Below the pieces are notes generated by a model. The model was not told where the DNA came from. It ran no database searches and saw only the letters and a program-made list of their open reading frames with translations. From contig JAJRTR010000112.1 in the NCBI GenBank assembly GCA_024278215.1, positions 1 through 37,502 of the forward strand: a stretch of 37,502 nt of DNA. The letters run 5' to 3'. Positions 1 through 9,038 of this stretch are shown here, piece by piece. The stretch comes from a bacterium. GTDB taxonomy: Bacteria; UBP15; UBA6099; JAJRTR01. Within the stretch, counting starts at the first letter, position 1, and each line of letters starts with the position of its first letter. A program made the translations under genes and the position numbers.

Positions 1-112
1 AAAATCCCCGCAGGCGTACTTGTAGAGTACGTCGAGGAAGATTTTGTGCCGACAATGCAGCTGTTGACAATTGCAGCCAACCGCAGCCGAATCAGAATTT
101 TGCAATTGGCTC
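1..112 (+). mobile_element. MITE-like repeat family A, copy cut by the window edge (right part)
   Basis: Matches the right two-thirds of 8345..8521 and ends in the terminal repeat TTTTGCAATTGGCTC. Confidence 0.85.
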
Positions 113-211
113 GTAAGAATTTCGGGGACATGACCGGAATGTGTCCGTTAATTCCGGATCGTTTCCATTGAAATTCTGTATATGTTTCAAAAATGCACAA
201 GTTCAGAACCT

Positions 212-395
212 GTTTAACCCGGATTTCTCACAAAGAAATCCGGAAAATCGCGATAACGCCTATTCTTCGACCGTTGCGGCGGCGATTCAGGATCGGTCAC
301 ATACTTACAGTGTGCTCCCTCACCGAACCCTTACCGCGCCTTGTATTACAGGTGTTCTCCCGGTTTTTGAACATGCGTTTGTGAAATATGCGGGA
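212..395 (-). mobile_element. MITE-like repeat family B, full copy
   Basis: Aligns along its length with the reverse complement of 24128..24334; terminal hairpin CCGGATTTCT-N4-AGAAATCCGG at one end and GTGAAATATGCGGG at the other. Confidence 0.8.
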
Positions 396-679
396 GTGGG
401 GTACCTATTTGACTACAGCAGCCACAATATCTCGTCATTCTTTCCTCGACGGACACACAACATATAGTGCCAGCTTGAGTGATGTGGATACCCTGCTATG
501 AGGGATTCAGATGTAGTAAATTAGGCACTTAATGGCCTAAGGTTTTTGTGAAACGCTAACATGTTTGTAACGGGTTAGAGTTGTATAAAGATGCGAGGAA
601 ATCAACAGAGTATGGTATGGAACCGTATGCCCTGTGGTGTGTGTGGGGGGTGGAGGGCGTAATCACTTATCCTGCACGA

Positions 680-862
680 TCAGACAGTCATATCCACGTT
701 TATAGCGCGTCCGAGGCTCTGAAGCATCCGGGTCTGCATTTCCTGCATTTCGTCCATAGTCTTCATAAGAAGGGCGAGCTGTGCCTGCTGTGCCTGCATC
801 TGCATGGCCAGCGCTGCCGTGGTTGTCGCTGAAGAAGCTTGTGCAGCCGCACTGATATCCAT
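680..862 (-). CDS. YjfB-like putative motility protein (60 aa)
   Basis: MDIS start, A/Q/M-rich helix, LLMKTMD and C-terminal LGRAINVDMTV fit the YjfB pattern; AGGCGG RBS; sigma-28 promoter upstream. Confidence 0.7.
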   Translation of the reverse strand: MDISAAAQASSATTTAALAMQMQAQQAQLALLMKTMDEMQEMQTRMLQSLGRAINVDMTV

Positions 863-889
863 TATGTAACCGCCTATTCAAATAATCTG

Positions 890-949
890 TAACCGGATTT
901 CTTACGACGAAACCCCGATTTCCGCCCGCAATGGTGAAATATGCGGGTA
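890..949 (-). repeat. Family B internally deleted copy (two terminal hairpins only)
   Basis: AACCGGATTTCTTACGACGAAACCCCG joined almost directly to CCCGCAATGGTGAAATATGCGGG. Confidence 0.7.
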
Positions 950-965
950 AGCTACTCTATTCTGT

Positions 966-992
966 TTATCGACATTCTGAAGCGGTTCTTTA
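966..992 (-). promoter_or_regulatory. Sigma-28 (FliA/SigD) promoter
   Basis: Minus strand reads TAAA-N15-GTCGATAA, one mismatch from the TAAA-N15-GCCGATAA consensus; points at the YjfB-like gene. Confidence 0.7.
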
Positions 993-1045
993 GTCTTTTC
1001 TGAAAAAGATATTGGGGGAAAGTCTGGAGTAACTCTGTACTTAAT

Positions 1046-1222
1046 GAGCCGATTGCAAAATTCTGATTCTGCTGCGGTCGAGTGAAATTGTCCATAGCTG
1101 CGTTGTCGGCGCGAAATCGTCCTCGACGTACTTTACAAGTACGCCTGCGAGGATTTACACCTCCGCCTTGCTCTGAACAATTTCGTTCGACCTCGCTACG
1201 AACATAATTTTGCAACTTGCTC
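1046..1222 (-). mobile_element. MITE-like repeat family A, full copy with 4-bp target duplication TAAT
   Basis: Termini GAGCCGATTGCAAAA / TTTTGCAACTTGCTC; TAAT on both sides (1042-1045 and 1223-1226). Confidence 0.88.
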
Positions 1223-2232
1223 TAATGGATGACCTGCCGGATTGTCTTGAAGACCTGCTCGGCGGGAATTGCGCTGAGACAGAAATAGCGTTCCCAGTCG
1301 AGTACGCATTTGGCAGAGTAGCACGGAGAGCAGTCGGCACCGCGGTATACAGTCGAGTTGCCCTCGCGCACCGGACCGTGAACGGCAGGATTCGTGCTGC
1401 CGAAGATGCCTATTGTCGGTGCTCCCATGTGAGCTGCGAGGTGCATGAGTCCGCTGTCGTTGCTCACGAATACGCGACAGTTTTTTATCAGTCTGGCGGC
1501 CTGTCTGATTGTAGTTTCGCCGGATGCTATGATAACTTTATTATCCGCAATTTCCGCAATTTTTACTGCGCGGTTTCTTTCCTGCTTCGAGCCGAAAACC
1601 ACTACTTTCGTATCGTAAGTATCAGTGACGAGGTCCGCGAGCGCCGCATATTTTTCCAGCGGCCATTGTTTGGATTCCCAGTCGGACGCCGGGCATATCC
1701 CCACTATCGGGGTGTCCAGCGGCATCTCGTTTCGCGCGTAGAATCTTTCCGCGAATTCATGATCTTCGTCTGTGAACCAGAATTCGTATCTCCTGCGACG
1801 CGGGTTCAGGCCGAGTGTCTTCAATATCTGGAATATGCCGTCCACACCATCCACGGGTCTGTCGAGTTTGACGATTTCCGTTCGGTACGGCGCTCCGGAA
1901 AAAAGTGATATGATGTCGAATCTTTTTGTGTTTTGAAGGTTCAGAACCATATCGAAGCGCTTTGCCCGGATTTCTGCCGTGAACTTGATAAACCCGAACA
2001 GGTCCTGTGTGTTTTTTCTTTTTTTGTAAGGGATTATTTCGTGCAGGTACGGGCATGGTTCTATCAGGTTGATGTATTCGCGAGCGATCATAAACGAGAT
2101 GGCGGCGCGCGGGAAAGACCTTGCGATATAAGAAAGCGAAGGCAGAGCGCGTACGATGTCGCCGAGCGCGCTGATTTTTATAATAAGAATCCTGCGTATC
2201 TCATTTTTGTCGATTATCCTGCCGGTTGCCAT
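1222..2232 (-). CDS. Glycosyltransferase family 9 (LPS heptosyltransferase-like)
   Basis: ILIIKISALGD, SKQWP and SNDSGLMHLAA-IGIFGST motifs. Confidence 0.9.
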   Translation of the reverse strand: MATGRIIDKNEIRRILIIKISALGDIVRALPSLSYIARSFPRAAISFMIAREYINLIEPCPYLHEIIPYKKRKNTQDLFGFIKFTAEIRAKRFDMVLNLQNTKRFDIISLFSGAPYRTEIVKLDRPVDGVDGIFQILKTLGLNPRRRRYEFWFTDEDHEFAERFYARNEMPLDTPIVGICPASDWESKQWPLEKYAALADLVTDTYDTKVVVFGSKQERNRAVKIAEIADNKVIIASGETTIRQAARLIKNCRVFVSNDSGLMHLAAHMGAPTIGIFGSTNPAVHGPVREGNSTVYRGADCSPCYSAKCVLDWERYFCLSAIPAEQVFKTIRQVIH

Positions 2233-3172
2233 TTTGTATGATTTCCCGCCTCCTGAAAATATCTTTCATAAGATCACGGTATGCTTCTTGTTTAGACCTG
2301 ATCTTAGTATCGTCCGGCTTCTTTTTCAAACGAATTACGTTCAGGAGATATTTGTAAATGATTTCCTGGTATATCATAGCCGACCACATTTTCACGAGTG
2401 GCCAGGAATAATGTTTTTTGTAGAGATACAGTGCGCTGCGCCTCGAGCTGGTGATCGTGATGTAAGGTTCCTGGTCTGTGCTTGCGTAGCCGTGGTGAAC
2501 AATATTGTCTTCGGTGAGGGCATAAGTTTCCCAGCCCCTGCGGGCAGCTCTTATGCACCAGTCGATATCGTCCGCGTAAAGGAATGAGTTTTCGTCGAGC
2601 AGGCCGATCTGGTTTATGGTGTCGCGCCTGATCATAAGGCACGCACCCCTGACTATATCCACCCGCTTCGCGCCACTTTCGGTGATTTCCGGATGTCTGT
2701 ACCTGACTCCCAGAATGATATGTGCGAGTCGTGGATAAAAACCTGTGTTTTCTATGTGGCGTGAAAGCGGCAACGGAAACGGAAACCAGGATTTCTGCGC
2801 TGTGTGATCCGAATTGAGCAGCGCGCAGCCCACTATGCCCACATGATGATGGCGGTCGAGAAACCGAACCATTTTCGTGATTGTTCCGGGGTATACTTCA
2901 GTGTCCGGATTCAGCAGCAGCACATGTCTCGAGTCCACGCTTCTGATCCCCCTGTTGCTGCCTGCCGAAAACCCCGTGTTTGTCTCGCTCGCAATCATAA
3001 GCGCATCCGGATATTTAGAGATGACCATCCCGGGTGTGCCGTCGCCGGAAGCGTTGTCGACAACGACGACCCTGTAGCTGAAAGGATACTCGCCCGCGTA
3101 TATCGAGGCAAGACACTTTTCCAGCAGGCCCCTGGTCTTGTAGCTGACTATGATTATCGCGAGGTCCCGCAT
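2201..3172 (-). CDS. Glycosyltransferase family 2 (WbbL-like)
   Basis: IIIVSY, VVVVDNAS.DGT, NTGFSAGSN.G, LLLNPD, GACLMI, LYADDIDW. Confidence 0.9.
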   Translation of the reverse strand: MRDLAIIIVSYKTRGLLEKCLASIYAGEYPFSYRVVVVDNASGDGTPGMVISKYPDALMIASETNTGFSAGSNRGIRSVDSRHVLLLNPDTEVYPGTITKMVRFLDRHHHVGIVGCALLNSDHTAQKSWFPFPLPLSRHIENTGFYPRLAHIILGVRYRHPEITESGAKRVDIVRGACLMIRRDTINQIGLLDENSFLYADDIDWCIRAARRGWETYALTEDNIVHHGYASTDQEPYITITSSRRSALYLYKKHYSWPLVKMWSAMIYQEIIYKYLLNVIRLKKKPDDTKIRSKQEAYRDLMKDIFRRREIIQNGNRQDNRQK

Positions 3173-3190
3173 AGTTATCCTTATATAGTG

Positions 3191-3229
3191 GAGCCGATTG
3201 CAAAATTCAGATTCCGCCCCGACCGGCTC
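3191..3229 (-). repeat. Family A minimal remnant
   Basis: GAGCCGATTGCAAAATTCAGATTC (family A right end) closed by CGGCTC. Confidence 0.65.
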
Positions 3230-3244
3230 CGACCCGGAAACGAA

Positions 3245-4261
3245 TTACCGCGCCGTGCTTTTCGAAGCTCTTCGTATATTCCATAGTTCAATCGCAGCAT
3301 CGGCAACCTGCTCAGCGGACACTTTGTTTATGCACGACGGCTTACCGCAAACAGGGTATTTGCATGGATTGCAGTCTTCCCTGTGCCAGACGATTTTATG
3401 AATGCCGCCGCGTGGCCCGTAACGTTCGGCGTCCGTCGGGCCGAAAACGGCGACTGTCGGAGTGCCCAGCGCGGCCGCAAGGTGCATGGGGCCGCTGTCG
3501 TTCGATATCATCATGGCGCACCTTTTGAGCAACGCGCCGAGCTCCAGTATGTCCAGCTTTCCCGCCGCCGACACGGCGTTGCCGCTGAAGGCCGAAGCTA
3601 TTTCGGCGCAGGTTCCGGCATCGGCGGCCGAGCCTACCAGCACGTATACCGCGTCGTCTGTATGTTCGGCGGTTTTCTCCATAGCCTCGACGAACTTCTT
3701 CGCCGGATACTTTTTATACTCGCTTCCGGCACCGGGATAAATCCCGATGAGTACACGGTCTTCAAGGTCGTTTTTTTGCAGATATTCGGTCACCTTTCTG
3801 TTGACATCGTCGGGAACAGTGACGATCATCTGCCTGCATGTGATGGGGAGTCCGGCAAGTTCCAGCACGTCCAGGTGGCGGTCTATGGCGTGTCTTCCGC
3901 CGGCGTCCCTGTTCTTAAGGTGTGACCTGTGAGCAGTTATCTTGTGACTGGACCTTATAAAGTAAGGGATAGCGGTGTTGCGCAGGTCGACAACGAGATC
4001 ATATTTCTTTTTCCTCAGTTCCCACACCAGCAGGGCCGCGCCCGGCACCCCTTTATGCCGGCCCTTGTTTTCATAAGTAATCGAGTAGTCGATCAGCTCA
4101 TGGCGTTCGATGATCGGCATAGATGTCGGACCCGCCACAACATCCAGCGCCGCCGTTGGGAAGTTGTCTTTCAGCACCTTCATTACAGGCGTTGTCAGCA
4201 GCACGTCACCGATGCAGGAAAGGCTGATGAGCAGGATTCTTTTCACACCCCTGTATTCCAT
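3245..4261 (-). CDS. Glycosyltransferase family 9 (LPS heptosyltransferase-like)
   Basis: LSCIGDVLLTTP and SNDSGPMHLAAALGTPTVAVFGPT motifs. Confidence 0.92.
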   Translation of the reverse strand: MEYRGVKRILLISLSCIGDVLLTTPVMKVLKDNFPTAALDVVAGPTSMPIIERHELIDYSITYENKGRHKGVPGAALLVWELRKKKYDLVVDLRNTAIPYFIRSSHKITAHRSHLKNRDAGGRHAIDRHLDVLELAGLPITCRQMIVTVPDDVNRKVTEYLQKNDLEDRVLIGIYPGAGSEYKKYPAKKFVEAMEKTAEHTDDAVYVLVGSAADAGTCAEIASAFSGNAVSAAGKLDILELGALLKRCAMMISNDSGPMHLAAALGTPTVAVFGPTDAERYGPRGGIHKIVWHREDCNPCKYPVCGKPSCINKVSAEQVADAAIELWNIRRASKSTAR

Positions 4262-4263
4262 GT

Positions 4264-5346
4264 TCAGCCGGCCCGCCTTCCGGTCAGCAGTTGGATATAT
4301 TCTTCGTCCATCTGGCCCGCCGTGTAGTTCACATCGAACTCGCGGGCTACAAATTCGCGCGCGGCGCGCGCCATGCGGGTGGCCTTCTGCGGATCACTCA
4401 GTATGTAATCCACCGCGTTCGCAAGTGAGTCCGGGTCGCCGGGTGGAGTCAGCAGGCCCGTCTCTCCGTTGTGTATGATTTCCCTGATGCCTGCAACATC
4501 CGTCATGACCGTCGGACAGGCTGCGAGGCACGCCTGGACAAGTATCACCGGCAGGCCCTCTTTCCCTACAGACGACATCACGACGACATTCACCGCGGCA
4601 AGTATATTTTGCAAATCGTATCGCGTGCCCGCGAAGACCGTCACATCATCGACACCGAGATGCTTCGCCTGCTTCTCCAGCGCCGGTCTCAGTTCTCCGT
4701 CACCCACTATCAGCAATCTCGACTCGGGATGTTTCGCCTTTATCTTCGGCATCGCATCGAGCAGCACTTCGTGGCCCTTCATCGGCACAAGCCGCGCGAT
4801 TGTGCCCAGCACACTGTGTTCCGGGCCGAAGCCGAACTCTTCCCTCGCGTTGCACCCCGGCTTGAAGCCGTCGTTGAAACTCCGGATGTCTATGCCGGTA
4901 TAAATCCTGCGCATGAACTCGCGCGGCACACCCTGCTCGAGCAGGTCGTCCATCACGGCGTTCGAGCACGGCAGCAGTTTGTCGCATCTCATGTAGCGCC
5001 GCTTCTTTGTCATCTTGAGCACGGAGGCCACGCAGGGGACCCCGGCCCACCGCGCCGCGGCAGACCCCAGCAGAGCGCTGCTCGTCAGGTGCGTGTGCAG
5101 GATGTCGATCTTCTTGTCGCGCAGTATTCGCGACAGCCGCCACGCCGCGAAGTAATCGAACTTCGAGCTGCGCACAGGCAGCGGTATGACCCGGAAACCG
5201 TCATCCACCATTCTCCTGTAATTTATCCCGGCGGGCGGAAACACCGTCCACACTTCATGGCCACGCCTCTGCTGCGCCTTTATCGTATCTGTGAACATCG
5301 TATACCAGCTGAGGTTTATATTGTTTATAAAGTGAAGTATTTTCAT
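4264..5346 (-). CDS. Glycosyltransferase family 4
   Basis: DILHTH, ARLVPMKGH, IVGDGELR, EGLP, TDVAGIREII. Confidence 0.9.
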   Translation of the reverse strand: MKILHFINNINLSWYTMFTDTIKAQQRRGHEVWTVFPPAGINYRRMVDDGFRVIPLPVRSSKFDYFAAWRLSRILRDKKIDILHTHLTSSALLGSAAARWAGVPCVASVLKMTKKRRYMRCDKLLPCSNAVMDDLLEQGVPREFMRRIYTGIDIRSFNDGFKPGCNAREEFGFGPEHSVLGTIARLVPMKGHEVLLDAMPKIKAKHPESRLLIVGDGELRPALEKQAKHLGVDDVTVFAGTRYDLQNILAAVNVVVMSSVGKEGLPVILVQACLAACPTVMTDVAGIREIIHNGETGLLTPPGDPDSLANAVDYILSDPQKATRMARAAREFVAREFDVNYTAGQMDEEYIQLLTGRRAG

Positions 5347-5370
5347 CGAAATGCGGGTACGCTATCCGTT

Positions 5371-7629
5371 TCAGTTCAGGATTTTTTTATAAATCGATTC
5401 AGTTTTGTCGACCATTTTTTCCACGGTGAAAGATGTTGCCACAGTGCGCCGCGCCGCGCCGCCCAGCATGTCGGCCAGTGATTCGTCTTCAATCACTTCC
5501 ATAATACTGGCCGCAAGCGCGTCATCGTCTCCCGGCTTCACCAGCATACCGTTTTCCCTGTTCTTTATTGCCTCGGGAATGCCGCCGACATCGGTCGTTA
5601 CAATGGGGCGCCTCATGCACATCGCTTCGAGAATAACATAGGGCAGCCCCTCGCTCCACGACGACAGCACAAATACGTCGAAAAACGGAAGCATATCACG
5701 CACATCGTTGCGTATGCCGAGGAATTTAAAGGAATCGTCGAGCCCGAGTTCACTGGCTTTGTGCTCGAGTTCCTCTCTCTGGGGGCCACCGCCCACACCG
5801 ATAAAAAACACATTGCCTATCTCGTCTTTTATCTTTCCGGCGGCACCGAGAAAGTTGACATATCCTTTTCGCGGGGTCAGCGACGCTACCATACCCACAA
5901 CCTTTGCACCATCGGGAATGTCGAATTCGGCGCGATACTTCCTGTTCAGTTCCGCGGTTCTCGACTCGTCGTAAAGTGTCGGGGAAACCCCGTTATGCAC
6001 AACATTTATCAGAGACGGATCGGTGCCGAAATTGTCGAGCATGTGTTTCATCACAAACTCGCTCACGGCAATCATGTTGTCGCTCCAGTTCATTACCCTG
6101 CTGCCCACATGCACACTGTACGTACTGTGGCAAGTAGTCAGGAACGGAATGCGGCGCTTGAGCATTCGCAGGGCGACATAACATATCCAGGCCGGAACCC
6201 TCGAGTGCGCATGTACCAGCTCGACATTATTTTCGAGCAGCACTTTTTTCATCGGGCCTATCATCTTCCTGATAACAAGCGGATTCTTGGAGTGAACGGG
6301 CAACCTGACATGCTTGACATCCTCCGCTTCGAGTTTCTCGACGAGTTTGCCGCCGAAAGAGACCACCAGCGGATCGTAACCTTTCCTTTTAAGGCCGCGC
6401 GCGAGGTCGATCATGTGCGTCTCGACGCCGCCGACGCGCAACTCCGGCAGAGTGAGCAGAATTCGCGGTCTGTCAACTTTCGGCACACCCCGCACGGGTC
6501 CGATGTACCCTTTTTTCGCCCTGATGGTTTCGTGGTAGACGCCGAGAACATCACGTATCATTTTTTCCTCGGAGAACTTCCGCGAGACATCCTCGAAACC
6601 GGCGTCGGTGAGGCGGGCACGCATCGTTTCGCTGCCGGCGAGTACTTCCATCTGTGTGGCGAGTCCGTCCGGGTCCCTCGGCTCGGCCAGCAGCGCGGTG
6701 CGACCGTGTTCGATCATTTCCGGTATGCCGCCGACACACGTCGCTACTATCGGAACCCGGCTCGCCATCGCTTCGAGGCAACCCATGGGGAAACCTTCAT
6801 ATATTGATGAAACAACATAGATGTCCAACGCCTTGAGTATGTCGAAAATGTCGGTCCTTACACCGGTGAACAGCACTTCGCCCTCGAGTCCGAGTTCGGC
6901 AACACGCTCTTCGAGGTCCTTCCTGATGGGACCGTCGCCCACAAGAACAGCCTTCATATCGGGACGGCGCTCCTTCAACCTGTGGAAAGCATCAATGAAG
7001 TACTGTGGCCCTTTTGTAGTTGTCAGCCGCCCGATCGAGCCAGCGACAGTCGCGTCGCGGGGCAGGCCGAGTTCGTCGCGGATTTCTTTTCTCGGCCTCG
7101 ACTTCGACAGCGCCAGGTCGACCTCCGCCATGTTTATCCCGTTATAGATAACAACCATCTTCGCGGGGTCCGCGTGCAGCCTCTTTTCCATGTGGTCCAT
7201 GATGCCTTTGCTGACGCAGATAATCCTGTCGCCGAATGTCATCACTTTGCTGCCTATATGCGCAGCGTACTGGCCGTGGGCGGAAGTGATGAAAGCAACC
7301 TTCATATTCCTTAGCGCGAAGTAAGTTATCCAGGCGGGAACACGCGAATGGGCGTGAACAACCTGTATGTTTCTTTCCCTGACAAGCTGCCTGACCCTGC
7401 CTGCCATTTCGTTGATCGTGATAGCCGATTTCCTGTGTATGGGCAGGGTAATGTGCTCGACATTCTGGCTTTCGAGGCGAGGCACGAGCGGGCCGCCGTT
7501 CGAGATCACCGTGACGTTGTGCCCCAGCCTCCGTATACCGGCCGAAAGCGCAGTCACATGAGTTTCCACACCGCCTACAGTCAACTCGGGGAGCATGTAA
7601 AGTATGTTTAACGTATTGCCGCTTTTCAT
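5371..7629 (-). CDS. Tandem two-domain GT4 glycosyltransferase
   Basis: Two homologous halves, each with LPELxVGGVETH, VHAHSRVPAW and an EX7E motif (EGFPMGCLE; EGLPYVILE). Confidence 0.9.
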   Translation of the reverse strand: MKSGNTLNILYMLPELTVGGVETHVTALSAGIRRLGHNVTVISNGGPLVPRLESQNVEHITLPIHRKSAITINEMAGRVRQLVRERNIQVVHAHSRVPAWITYFALRNMKVAFITSAHGQYAAHIGSKVMTFGDRIICVSKGIMDHMEKRLHADPAKMVVIYNGINMAEVDLALSKSRPRKEIRDELGLPRDATVAGSIGRLTTTKGPQYFIDAFHRLKERRPDMKAVLVGDGPIRKDLEERVAELGLEGEVLFTGVRTDIFDILKALDIYVVSSIYEGFPMGCLEAMASRVPIVATCVGGIPEMIEHGRTALLAEPRDPDGLATQMEVLAGSETMRARLTDAGFEDVSRKFSEEKMIRDVLGVYHETIRAKKGYIGPVRGVPKVDRPRILLTLPELRVGGVETHMIDLARGLKRKGYDPLVVSFGGKLVEKLEAEDVKHVRLPVHSKNPLVIRKMIGPMKKVLLENNVELVHAHSRVPAWICYVALRMLKRRIPFLTTCHSTYSVHVGSRVMNWSDNMIAVSEFVMKHMLDNFGTDPSLINVVHNGVSPTLYDESRTAELNRKYRAEFDIPDGAKVVGMVASLTPRKGYVNFLGAAGKIKDEIGNVFFIGVGGGPQREELEHKASELGLDDSFKFLGIRNDVRDMLPFFDVFVLSSWSEGLPYVILEAMCMRRPIVTTDVGGIPEAIKNRENGMLVKPGDDDALAASIMEVIEDESLADMLGGAARRTVATSFTVEKMVDKTESIYKKILN

Positions 7630-7686
7630 ATAACAATTATTCTTTCGAGCACAAATTCACGCAGTTTCAGCATTCCCGTAGTCCGC

Positions 7687-8247
7687 TCATTTGATTACAG
7701 TCCAGCCGGCAAACCACATCCCCCACATCAGCGCGAGAATGACCACCGTTGCGATAAGACCCTCGTGCTCTTTGTTCCCCATCATGCGCCGCCATTCGAA
7801 CCGCGCTGTGCCTTCACCGCGCGTCGGCACAGGTCGCGGGAAAAACCTCGGTACTTCCGCACAGAACACCTCGTAACGCTCGCCGAATTTCCCCCTCAAA
7901 AACGCCTCTTCCCTCAATATCGTGGCGTAATAGACAACGAAAAAGAAAATGAAAAACGACGCAGTGATATAAACATTGCCGGACGCAATGCAGAAACCCA
8001 GATACATAAAAAAACTGCCCAAATACAGCGGATTCCTTGTATACGCGTAAGGGCCGGTTCTCGAAAGTGTAGTATTCTTATCTATGACACCCGCCGAATA
8101 AATCCTTATCGCCTCGCCGATCAGTGCCGTAACGGTCCCGGCGGCAAGCGTGGAAAGCCGCGGCGTCGCGAAAACAACTATGCAGACCGCGAACAAGTGC
8201 CCCAGCCTCACACGCCACTTCTGCAGAAATGCCGATACTCCGTCCAT
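7687..8247 (-). CDS. Isoprenylcysteine carboxyl methyltransferase/PEMT-family membrane methyltransferase
   Basis: GPYAYTRNPLYLG, REEAFL..KFG..Y...VPRFFP; hydrophobic helices. Confidence 0.88.
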   Translation of the reverse strand: MDGVSAFLQKWRVRLGHLFAVCIVVFATPRLSTLAAGTVTALIGEAIRIYSAGVIDKNTTLSRTGPYAYTRNPLYLGSFFMYLGFCIASGNVYITASFFIFFFVVYYATILREEAFLRGKFGERYEVFCAEVPRFFPRPVPTRGEGTARFEWRRMMGNKEHEGLIATVVILALMWGMWFAGWTVIK

Positions 8248-8344
8248 CAGTTATTTTCCATTCAAAATCAATATACTGCACGCATGCACAAAATAACGTA
8301 CACAAAGACGCCAGAACATTACCATATATTATTATCATTACAAA

Positions 8345-8521
8345 GAGCCAATTGCAAAACTATGTTCGTAGCGAGGTCGAGCGAAATTGTTCAGAGCAAG
8401 GCGGAGGTGAAAATCCTCGCAGGCGTACTTGTAGAGTACGTCGAGGACGACTTTGCGCCGACAATGCAGCTATGGACAATAGCAGCCGACCGCAGCCGAA
8501 GCAGAATTTTGCAATCGGCTC
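8345..8521 (+). mobile_element. MITE-like repeat family A, full copy
   Basis: Termini GAGCCAATTGCAAAA / TTTTGCAATCGGCTC; 177 bp; no clear target duplication. Confidence 0.88.
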
Positions 8522-8585
8522 AGTAGTGATAATATTCCATATCATCAACCGGTACCATCCGGGTTGATATATAATCTCAAAGGGA

Positions 8586-8613
8586 TTGACAGCATTTCTC
8601 CGAGGCTTAAAAT
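8586..8613 (+). promoter_or_regulatory. Sigma-70-type promoter upstream of tRNA-Arg
   Basis: TTGACA-N16-TAAAAT. Confidence 0.5.
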
Positions 8614-8767
8614 GTATGATACTTATTTGCTGTGGCCATGTTTTCTATGATCGTGATAGAGGCACCCGGCAGGACACAGGCATTGCGCATACAGGACAGT
8701 TTCGGGAGTTCAGGAACCGGTAAATACAAAGCCTGATTTTCATTTTCGCAGTCTCGTGCGCAGTGAG

Positions 8768-8816
8768 TGGACAATAGCAGCCGACCGCAGCAGAATCAGA
8801 ATTTTGCAATTGGCTC
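8768..8816 (+). repeat. Family A right-end fragment
   Basis: TGGACAATAGCAGCCGACCGCAGCAGAATCAGAATTTTGCAATTGGCTC, ending 17 bp before the tRNA. Confidence 0.8.
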
Positions 8817-8833
8817 AAAGACATTTTATACAA

Positions 8834-8907
<74 letters not shown>

Positions 8908-9038
8908 CTACCGGAAAAGCTGAAAATTACGACTGTATTTACCAAAATACTCTATAATGGTGTTGCTGCTTACGGATGAGCGTTTTTTCGAGGCTATGGA
9001 TCTGCGGGAGACAACAGGAATTTATGTCGTGAGAAAGA

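Noticed and set aside
141-467. ORFs 141..467 and 193..384, and the similar 24079..24273
   Set aside because: They overlap family B repeats; the shared peptide LPRLVLQVFSRF just reflects the DNA repeat
546-563. TTGTGAAACGCTAACATG as a Rex site
   Set aside because: Second half-site is poor and no suitable downstream gene is evident
633-660. G/T-rich tract GTGGTGTGTGTGGGGGGTGGAGGG
   Set aside because: Short low-complexity sequence with no repeat unit or recognisable function
952-1215. Recurring short ORFs such as MQNYVRSEVERN... and MFVARSNEI... (also near 8229-8567 and 13747-14126)
   Set aside because: They are translations of family A repeats; frames and stops differ between copies and there is no RBS
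4471-6807. Long + strand ORFs (336 aa, 348 aa) and similar antisense ORFs elsewhere
   Set aside because: Shadows of well-supported GC-rich genes on the opposite strand; no motifs
8345-8521. Family A as an IS110 bridge RNA or a known self-cleaving ribozyme
   Set aside because: The length is similar to a bridge RNA, but terminal inverted repeats with 4-bp duplications fit DDE transposition; no recombinase nearby and no hammerhead core (CTGATGA...GAAA) seen
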